A stretch of 32,000 bases of DNA, from assembly GCF_002945325.1 (NCBI RefSeq), contig NZ_CP026606.1:60001-92000 (forward strand). Direction: 5' to 3'. Shown here piece by piece: positions 19,465 through 27,200 of the stretch (position 1 is the first letter of the stretch; every line of letters starts with the position of its first letter). The DNA is from Methanococcus maripaludis. GTDB taxonomy: Archaea > AGJL01 > Methanococci > Methanococcales > Methanococcaceae. The translations under genes and the position numbers were made by a program. The notes beneath the pieces are model-generated. The model was not told the DNA's origin and did not search any database. It saw only the letters and a list, made by a program, of their open reading frames with translations.

Positions 19465-19544
19465 TTGAAAATACATGATATATGAAATGTTTATGAATAT
19501 CCCTCAAAGGTGATAAAATCGAAGAGGAAATAAAATTAACAAAC

Positions 19545-20552
19545 ATGGTTACACTACACGGATGAGCTTGCAAACTTCCAGACACCGAACTTGAAAATTT
19601 AGTAAAAGGCATAATTTCTGAAGATGATTTAAAATATGCAAAAGTGGGCCTTGGAGACGATGCCGCTGTTGTTATAAAAAATGGAATGGCAATTGTAAAA
19701 ACAATTGACGTTTTCACACCGATTGTAGATGATCCCTACCTTCAAGGAAGGATTGCGGCATGTAATTCTACCAGTGATGTATATGCAATGGGAATTTCTG
19801 AAATTATTGGTGGACTTGTATTCCTTGGAATTCCTCCAGAACTTCCAGTACCCGTTGCAAAAAAAATGCTTCAGGGTTTTCAGGACTTTTGCCGGGAAAA
19901 CGATACCACGATTATTGGTGGACATACCATTTTAAATCCGTGGCCTTTAATTGGTGGCTCGATTACTGGCGTTGGAAAAGAAGAAGACATTCTTACAAAA
20001 GCAGGATGTAAAAATGGCGATGTATTAATTCTTACAAAACCGCTTGGAAACCAGAGTGCAATGGCGCTATCAAGGGTTACCGAGGAATTTGAAGATTTAA
20101 TCGATATCCCAAAAGAAGAACAAAAATATATCTTTGAAAAAACCATTGAACTGATGACAACGTCTAATAGAATTGCTCTTTTACATTTAAGAGAACTTGA
20201 AAATGAGTTAGGCGAAAAAATTGCAAATGCAATGACCGATGTCACAGGATTTGGTATTTTGGGCCACAGTCAGGAAATGGCTGAACAAAGCAATGTTGAA
20301 ATTGAAATATCCTGCCTTCCAGTAATTAAAGGAACTCCAGAACTTGCTTCACTATTTGGACATGCTCTTTGCAGTGGAAAAGGTGCTGAAACCGCTGGAG
20401 GTCTTTTAATATCTACAAAACCAGAATACAAGGATAAATTAATTCAGAAATTCAAAGAAAATAATGTTTATGCATTTGAAGTCGGAAAAATAGTAAATAA
20501 TGGTGTCGGAATAGCTAAATTATCCGAAAATGTTGAGATTTTAGAAATATAA
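19545..20552 (+). CDS. selD: Selenide, water dikinase (selenophosphate synthetase) SelD, a selenoprotein with TGA=Sec at 19563-19565
   Basis: The track ORF 19644-20552 is the SelD body (GDDAAVV, DVFTPIVDDPYLQGRIAACNSTSDVYAMG, MTDVTGFGILGH). The same frame stays open upstream to 19497 apart from one TGA, within ...IKLTNMVTLHG-U-ACKLP, at the position of the catalytic Cys/Sec. A SECIS-like hairpin lies 3 nt after the stop. 19545 is the first canonical ATG. The true start may be the SD-preceded ATC at 19518 (see findings). Confidence 0.9.
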
Positions 20553-20554
20553 AT

Positions 20555-20584
20555 ATAATCCGAACCTAAATTTAGGAGGATTAT
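20555..20584 (+). promoter_or_regulatory. Archaeal-type SECIS element in the selD 3' UTR
   Basis: 5'-ATAATCC GAA CCTAAATTTAGG A GGATTAT-3'. A 7-bp lower helix (20555-20561 with 20578-20584) is followed by an asymmetric GAA/A internal loop (20562-20564 / 20577), then an upper hairpin from the palindrome 20565-20576. G-C pairs flank the loop on both sides. A T6 run follows immediately (20584-20589). Confidence 0.8.
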
Positions 20585-20587
20585 TTT

Positions 20588-20746
20588 TTAATCGCTTATT
20601 TTAAATATATATTTGCATTCGGGGCAGATTATCTTTTTCCCTACTGAATTAAATTCTTTTCCGCATTTTGGACATTTTGTCTTATTTGTTTTTAATTTAT
20701 CGAGATCTATTGTTGTGTACTTGCTGATTTCATTTTTAAAATTCAT
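20588..20746 (-). CDS. Small zinc-ribbon protein (52 aa), not in the ORF track
   Basis: Hand translation gives MNFKNEISKYTTIDLDKLKTNKTKCPKCGKEFNSVGKKIICPECKYIFKISD, containing CPKC-N13-CPEC. GAGG lies 7 nt upstream of the ATG at 20746. Convergent with selD. Confidence 0.65.
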   Translation of the reverse strand: MNFKNEISKYTTIDLDKLKTNKTKCPKCGKEFNSVGKKIICPECKYIFKISD

Positions 20747-20833
20747 AATATTCCTCTTAAGCAATAATATTTATATTTAAAATTATAATGATTTATATAA
20801 GCTTAATGTTGATTTAAAAGTTACAGTGAAAAA

Positions 20834-21061
20834 ATGGGTTTAAAATATTTAGCATTCAAAAATCGGGGCCAGATATCTCTTGAACTTGGTGTTTTGGTAC
20901 TGGCTGTAGCTATGGTTGCAGTATTTGCAGGGTACTTGTACATACAAAGTACGTTAGAATCCGCAGTTAAGATAAATCAGACAGCAAATGGTACTGTCGG
21001 CATGTATAACAGTGCAGTAAACAGAATTACTGAATCTGTTGGAAACTTAAGTAATAATTAA
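20834..21061 (+). CDS. Type IV pilin-like protein with a class III signal peptide (DUF361-type)
   Basis: 75 aa. [37 protein letters not shown] has a short basic leader, the G/Q cleavage motif with QxSxE, then a hydrophobic helix. One N-X-S/T sequon cluster is present (NQT, NGT, NLS). Confidence 0.8.
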
Positions 21062-21072
21062 ATGGTGAAACT

Positions 21073-21465
21073 TTGAAAGAGCTAAATGGTAGAATTATTT
21101 CAAAAGGAGTCGTTGAAGGGGAAGCAATTATTTCAAAATCGCCTATTTCATTTCTTGGTGGCGTAAATGAGGAAGGAATTGTAACTGACAAGGAAAATGA
21201 ACTTTTTGGAAAAAGTATTGCAAATAAAATATTTGTATTTCCAAGTGGAAAAGGAAGTACCGTTGGTTCTTATGTAATCTACGGGCTTGCTAAAAGAGGA
21301 CTTTTAAAAGGAATGGTAAATTTTGAGTCTGAACCAATTGTCGCAACAGGTGCAATTCTTGGAAAAATTCCACTCGTGGATAAAGTTAATATAGATGAAA
21401 TTAAAGATGGCGATATAGTAGTAGTTGATGGAAACACGGGAACTGTTAAAATTAAAGAACAGTAA
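21073..21465 (+). CDS. Aconitase X swivel-domain protein (DUF126); probable phosphomevalonate dehydratase small subunit
   Basis: 130 aa. ISFLGGVNEEGIV...IFVFPSGKGSTVGSYVIYGL...EPIVATGAILGKIPLV matches the DUF126/AcnX small-subunit pattern. TTG start with GGTGA 4 nt upstream. The specific function is inferred from the archaeal modified mevalonate pathway. Confidence 0.65.
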   Translation: MKELNGRIISKGVVEGEAIISKSPISFLGGVNEEGIVTDKENELFGKSIANKIFVFPSGKGSTVGSYVIYGLAKRGLLKGMVNFESEPIVATGAILGKIPLVDKVNIDEIKDGDIVVVDGNTGTVKIKEQ

Positions 21466-21531
21466 ACTAAAAACATACTTTCCTACTATTTTGAATATTT
21501 ATTTACATTTTAAAATGTGTGAGATGAGACT

Positions 21532-22569
21532 ATGAGGAAATCGAGAGACGCAAACCCATTTAAGGCAATGCCGAATATATTATACCCTGACGAATTGATG
21601 GACAAGGCTTACAACAGGTCAGAAAAGATCGCAGGGGAACTTAGAACAACTACGAGAGGATTAAGTACTCCAAAATCAAAGATAATCGAAGATAATAAAA
21701 TCAGGACCACTGCATCAGTTATTTCAGATAATCTTTTAAAAATTGTGGAAAAAACCCCTTCAATAGATAATTTGGATCCATTTTATAGGGAAATTCTTGA
21801 AATCATGGTTGGAAGCGACGAATTTAAAAAATCGCTTGCGGCAGTTCAGTGGGCTTCTGAAATCGTGAAAAAATTAGGAACCCAATATTCAAGAAAAGTT
21901 AAGAAAGCACCAAGCCCACAAGCGACGTCAATTGTTAGAAAAGAATTTATCGGAAGGGTTTCATCAGTTTTAAAACAGATTTACCCAAATATGGCGTTTT
22001 TAGGTGTTGCAAGAAACAAGCTTAAAAACATTCCAACAGTAAAAAATTTGCCATCCGTAGTTATTGCAGGATACCCAAACGTTGGAAAATCAACACTCCT
22101 TAGAACACTTACCGATGCAGAACCTGAAGTAAATTCTTACCCATTTACTACAAAAGGACTGAATATTGGATATACTGAAGAAGGAATTCAGATAATTGAT
22201 ACACCTGGTGTTTTGGACAGGCCAATTTACGAAAGAAACGATATCGAACTTCACGCGGTAGTTGCAATAAACTATCTTTCAGATATGATTTTATTTGTAA
22301 TTGACCCAACAGAATTTTGCGGTTTCACAATGGATGAACAGTTTAACTTACTTCAAGAAATTAGAAAAACGTTTAACGTTCCAATTTTAGTTGCACTTAC
22401 AAAAATGGATGTTGATGAAATAGAAGGATTAGATAAGCTTGAAGAAGATCTTGGGGAATATGAAGTATTAAAAGTATCTTCATTTAAAAAAGAAGGTATT
22501 GCAGACTTAAGAGAAAGACTCTTAGATATCCTTGACGAACAGGGTTTAATGGATCTTTTAGAAGAATAA
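21532..22569 (+). CDS. NOG1-family GTP-binding protein
   Basis: 345 aa. Helical N-terminal NOG1-type region followed by a G domain (AGYPNVGKSTLL, DTPGVLDRP, TKMD). Confidence 0.85.
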   Translation: MRKSRDANPFKAMPNILYPDELMDKAYNRSEKIAGELRTTTRGLSTPKSKIIEDNKIRTTASVISDNLLKIVEKTPSIDNLDPFYREILEIMVGSDEFKKSLAAVQWASEIVKKLGTQYSRKVKKAPSPQATSIVRKEFIGRVSSVLKQIYPNMAFLGVARNKLKNIPTVKNLPSVVIAGYPNVGKSTLLRTLTDAEPEVNSYPFTTKGLNIGYTEEGIQIIDTPGVLDRPIYERNDIELHAVVAINYLSDMILFVIDPTEFCGFTMDEQFNLLQEIRKTFNVPILVALTKMDVDEIEGLDKLEEDLGEYEVLKVSSFKKEGIADLRERLLDILDEQGLMDLLEE

Positions 22570-22597
22570 TTTTCTTTTTTTAGTTTTTTATGCTTTT
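22570..22597 (+). terminator. Oligo-T tracts after the Nog1-type gene (candidate archaeal intrinsic terminator)
   Basis: tttctttttttagttttttatgctttttta contains several T5-T7 runs directly after the stop. Based on pattern only. Confidence 0.35.
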
Positions 22598-23251
22598 TTA
22601 GTTTTTTGAAATATTGTAGCTTTTAAAGCCACCTACAAGTCTTTTTACTTTAAATCCTAATAGTTTTAGTATCGTTGCAATTGATTGGCTTCTCATTCCG
22701 CCCCTTGCACAAAACACTACTAAATTTTTATTTGGATCTAATTTTAAAGATTCTGAAACTATTCTTTTTATTCCATCTTGAATTATAACTCCAGCTTTAG
22801 CAACTGCAACTTCTTTTCCTTCGTGTTTGTAGAGTTTTCCGATAGTTTCGTATTCATCTGTTAAAAAAAGTGGTATGTTTACTGCGTCAGGTACCGTTTT
22901 TTCAGAAAATTCTCTTGGGGACCTTGCATCAACAATTATTGTGTCTTCAAAGTTTAACTTAAAAAACTGGTCAATTGTAATAACATCGTCTGAAAGCTCA
23001 CTTCCAATTGATTCAAGGTATTTTTTAATATTTACTGGTTCAAAATAAAACATTTCGCCAGAAAATTCTAAAACAGTCGGTTTTATAATCTCTTTAGAAT
23101 TTTCAGAAATAAATGATGCAATTTGTCCAGTTAATTTTCCAGCAGCAATTTTTCCATTTCTTAAAATTACTTTTTCACCAGTTTTTAATCTGATTACTAA
23201 AATAACATCATTTTTAAAAGTAAGAAGCCTTGAAAGAATGTTTTCGTCCAT
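22598..23251 (-). CDS. selU: Rhodanese-domain subunit of a split tRNA 2-selenouridine synthase
   Basis: 217 aa. The C-terminal rhodanese domain has the active-site loop VVFCARGGMRSQ (the C-x-R-G-G-x-R-S type seen in SelU/YbbB). It lies 9 nt downstream of the P-loop partner gene. Confidence 0.75.
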   Translation of the reverse strand: MDENILSRLLTFKNDVILVIRLKTGEKVILRNGKIAAGKLTGQIASFISENSKEIIKPTVLEFSGEMFYFEPVNIKKYLESIGSELSDDVITIDQFFKLNFEDTIIVDARSPREFSEKTVPDAVNIPLFLTDEYETIGKLYKHEGKEVAVAKAGVIIQDGIKRIVSESLKLDPNKNLVVFCARGGMRSQSIATILKLLGFKVKRLVGGFKSYNISKN

Positions 23252-23260
23252 GTTTTCACT

Positions 23261-23920
23261 TTAATTTTTAATTCCGTGTTTTTTCAAAATTTCATCAACA
23301 TATTTTGATATTTCTTCTGCGGATTTTAAATTATCTTCGTTATTTATTACTAAATCATGTTTTACCTTTCCAATATGTCTTAAATAGTGTTCGCTGTAAA
23401 GTCCATCTTCAATTAATATTGCAGCATCGTAATATTCATCTTTTTTTATTAAATCAATTATTTTATCCATTAATTCGATTTTTTCAGGTTTTGAAAGTAC
23501 TGTTTTTAAATCAACAAATTTATCGATTAAAATTTCCTTTTCGCTCTCGTTTTTTGGACGGTACCAGTTCAAAAGCCGTTTTATCTGGCATTCATGGGGG
23601 CAGTTTACAACTATATTGTAATTGTAGCATTTTAAATCAGAAAACGGTTCTGGGATTGTTACTTTAGTTCTTCCGCCAATTTTTTTTCCTTCAAATTCGA
23701 CTATGCAATATCCAGTACTTTCTGCAATTTTTTTCTGTTCTTCAATGCACGCATCAAACTGTTCTTGGGTACTTGATGATAAATCGTATAAATCGCCCAA
23801 AATACTGCCTTTATTGTTTGCACAGCCTTCAATATCAACTACAGTATATTTTTTCTTTAATTCGTCCAAAATTTCGGTTTTTCCGCAACCCGTTTTTCCA
23901 AAAAGTCCAAAAATAATCAT
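23261..23920 (-). CDS. selU: P-loop (Walker A) subunit of a split tRNA 2-selenouridine synthase
   Basis: Begins MIIFGLFGKTGCGKTEIL (Walker A near the N-terminus, as in the SelU C-terminal domain). GGTG lies 6 nt upstream of ATG 23920. The 22 extra codons of the track ORF (to 23986) are hydrophobic junk in the intergenic region. Confidence 0.72.
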   Translation of the reverse strand: MIIFGLFGKTGCGKTEILDELKKKYTVVDIEGCANNKGSILGDLYDLSSSTQEQFDACIEEQKKIAESTGYCIVEFEGKKIGGRTKVTIPEPFSDLKCYNYNIVVNCPHECQIKRLLNWYRPKNESEKEILIDKFVDLKTVLSKPEKIELMDKIIDLIKKDEYYDAAILIEDGLYSEHYLRHIGKVKHDLVINNEDNLKSAEEISKYVDEILKKHGIKN

Positions 23921-24220
23921 GTTTACACCAGAAATACAGTAGTAAAAACATATTAAAAAACTTAATGGATATTGATTTAAATTCATGAATATTTTGAAAA
24001 TTTTGGAAAATAATACTTTTTTGACATTTTTAAGATAAGCTACTCCATAAAATTACCCAATTTTTCCAACATAATCCTTAAAACATTTATTATCACCTTT
24101 AATACAGAACAGATAACTCAAATGGAATTTGAGAACCATTTTGAAGTTCATTTACAAACGTTAATATAGCGGTGATATTATAGTTTTTACCTTATTAGTT
24201 AACAATCAAAAGGTGATTTT

Positions 24221-27200
24221 TTGAAGGTAAGGTATTTCATAATTACCAGTTTTATTTTTCTGCTCTGCGCAAGTTTTGTAAGCGCAGAAGAAGCAGTCTG
24301 GAATGATACATTTGGTTATGGGAACGGGCAGGATATTGCATTAGATGGGGATGGAAATTCTTATGTTACAGGAGGTAGTGAGGACGTTATAACCTTAAAA
24401 TATGCTCCAAATGGAACACTCCTTTGGAATAGTACAATGGATTTTGGTATGACGTCTGAAATGGGTAATTCTATTGCACTGGATAATAGTGGAAATGCAT
24501 ACGTTGCAGGTCGTGGAAATGATAATGTTGTAATTTTAAAATATGCTCCAAATGGAACGCTTCTCTGGAATAATTCATATGATTACCTGGGCTCAATAGA
24601 TTATGGGAAAGATATTGCACTGGATAATAGTGGAAATGCATACGTTACAGGAGCTGGTAAAGGTAGATATCATTTTTATTGTATAGTCCTGAAATATGCT
24701 CCAAATGGAACGCTTCTCTGGAATTCTTCATTAACTTTAGATGACACTAATGGTTTGAAAATTGCACTGGATAATGGTGGAAATGCATACGTTACCGGAG
24801 ATGGTGATAGGAGCATTTTAACAGCAAAATATGCTCCAAACGGAACACTCCTTTGGTATACTAAATACGTCTGTGGTTCATCAACAATGTCTACTGTTGG
24901 GGAAGATATTGCACTGGATAATAGTGGAAATGCATACATTGCAGGTATTGGAAATACAGGTGTTTATGAGGATTATCTTTATATAACCTTAAAATATGCT
25001 CCAAATGGAACGCTTCTCTGGAATAGAACTGTTAATCTTGGATTAACTGATCAAGCTTTTGGTATTGAAGTAGATGCACTTGGAAATGCATACGTTACCG
25101 GTTGTGTGGATAATGGAGTAACCCAGGATATAATGACAATAAAATATGCTCCAAATGGAACTCAAGAGTGGAACAGATCTGTAGATTATAATGGCCGAGA
25201 TAATGCACTCGACGTTGCACTGGATAATAGTGGAAATGCATACGTTGCAGGATATATAACTGATAGTTCAGATCAGCAAGTTTTTGTAATTAAATATGCT
25301 CCAGATGGCAGTGAATTATGGAACAGTACCTGCCTTTACCGGTCTACTTCCTACGGGATAGCTATTGCACTGGATAATGATGGAAATGCATACGTTACAG
25401 GATCTGTTTCAGGTGCTACGATTGTAACCGTTAAATTTGGAATTCCTGTTGACGAAACTGCGCCTGAAGTTACAATAAATACTTTAGAAAAATCGTACAA
25501 CACAACATCAATTGTTACAAATGCAACTGCAACCGATTTAAACTTAGATTCAGTTATTGCTGAAATAAACGGAACTGAAAATATAACTTTAGAAAACATT
25601 TCAGGATACTTTGTAAATTCCACTTTCGAGTTTTCAGAAGGATTGAATACACTTAAAATATATGCAAATGATACTAGTGGAAACATAAATTCAAGCGAAA
25701 ATATAACTTTTATTGTAGATACTACAAATCCAGAACTTAGAATTGAAACTTCAAACGTTTCAAACACGTCTGAATTAACAATAAACGTTACAGTAACGGA
25801 TAATATTGGGCTAAACTACACTAATATTTCAATAGTTGATAATTATGGAAATTTAGTAAATTCAACAATAAATGAAACTAATGGAACATATCAGATTACT
25901 TTAAGAGTTCCTGCGGATGGAATTTATAATATAACCGCAACTGCGTTTGATATGGTTGAAAATAAAAACACAACAGAAGCAATTGCTGTAAATGTGGATG
26001 AAAATGCACCATTGGTCACAATAAATACTTTAGAAAAATCGTACAACACAACATCAATTGTTATAAATGCAACTGCAACCGATTTAAACTTAGATTCAGT
26101 TATTGCTGAAATAAACGGAACTGAAAATATAACTTTAGAAAACATTTCAGGATACTTTGTTAATTCCACTTTCGAGTTTTCAGAAGGCTTAAATACACTT
26201 AAAATATATGCAAATGATTCGTTTGGACATATGAATTCAAGCGAAAACATAAGTTTCATTGTAGATTTAAATTCACCAGAAATTACAATCAAATTGATCG
26301 AAGGAAAATACCTTAACAATGGATCAAACGTTATAAACTTCACAGTTAATGAAAGTAACCTTGATAAAGTTACTGCATTCAATGGATCAACTGAAATACT
26401 TCTTAATAACCGTACGGGAAACTACTTAAATTCTGTAGTTTTAAATGAAGGCATTTACAACGTAACGATAAGAATAAACGATACTGCGGGAAATATTGCA
26501 GAAAAAAGTTTAAATTTCATAATTGATACAACTGCACCAGTGGTTGCAATTAACACCCCAATAAACGGAACTACATTTACTACAAGTTCTTTTTCAATAA
26601 ATATATCTGCAAATGATTCATTATTAAATGTTTCATCAGTTATTGCTAAAATTGGAAGTGTTAGAAACGTAACACTTTCATTTGATGGAGATTACTACAC
26701 TGGAAGTACTGGGACTCTTTCAAACGGAAACTATGAAATAACAATTCTTGCAACGGATTTGGTAGGAAACGTAAATTCAAACGAAACTGTAAATATAACA
26801 GTTGCAGTTCCTGCTTCAATCTCATCATCTGGAAGTGGTGGAAATCACTACAGTTCAGACCTTTCAAATGGAATTACTTCATCAGTTATTAAAACTGCGG
26901 TTTCAAACTCAAATATTGTATATGGAAGCGATGTAGATGAAGGATATGCCCAAGATTTAAGAGAAAACCTCTACGATTCAGAAGATTACGAGATATCTGG
27001 AGATACAATAATTGTTGGTGGGCCAAAATATAACGTGCTTGCTAACAAATACGATTCCAAATTTGGAATATCAATTTCAAATGACTACCCTGGAGAAAAT
27101 AAAGGGGTTATTCAGGTATTAAAAGTTCAGGACAACTCTGGAAAAATCGTTCAAAGCTACACGGTAGTATATATTGCAGGTTCTGATAGACTTGGAACAC

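Noticed and set aside
19475-19513. Mini-ORF MIYEMFMNIPQR-stop just upstream of selD, considered as a possible regulatory uORF or evidence of a frameshifted selD start
   Set aside because: It is in a different frame, has no SD, and ends in the SD of selD. A +1/-1 frameshift model is not needed once the ATC/ATG start options are considered. Kept only as a remote possibility.
19331-19925. Two minus-strand ORFs (19331-19717 and 19629-19925) spanning the gap in front of the annotated selD ORF
   Set aside because: They are antisense to the PK-like gene and to the recoded selD N-terminus. They only look plausible because the TGA-interrupted selD 5' part is missing from the ORF track.
21505-21518. 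Perfect 14-bp palindrome ACATTTTAAAATGT 14 nt upstream of the Nog1-type gene
   Set aside because: It is composed almost entirely of A/T in a very AT-rich genome and overlaps a TATA-like stretch. It is too likely to arise by chance to call a regulatory site.
23921-23986. 22-codon N-terminal extension (MNLNQYPLSFLICFYYCISGVN) of the SelU P-loop ORF
   Set aside because: The hydrophobic nonsense precedes a Walker A motif that normally sits at the extreme N-terminus. A GGTG SD precedes the internal ATG at 23920.
23987-24220. 234-bp intergenic region upstream of the surface-protein gene, checked for an sRNA, a tRNA or a small ORF
   Set aside because: It contains only a 15-codon ORF (MEFENHFEVHLQTLI) without an SD and a weak 6-bp hairpin (aaatgg...ccattt). 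There is no GC-rich structured segment and no C/D-box motif. It is most simply a long promoter/5' UTR.
24338-26290. Regularly spaced DNA repeats, considered as a possible CRISPR-like or satellite array
   Set aside because: The repeats are in-frame coding repeats of one long ORF (propeller blades and Ig-like modules). The units are imperfect and have variable spacing. There are no unique spacers between conserved short repeats.
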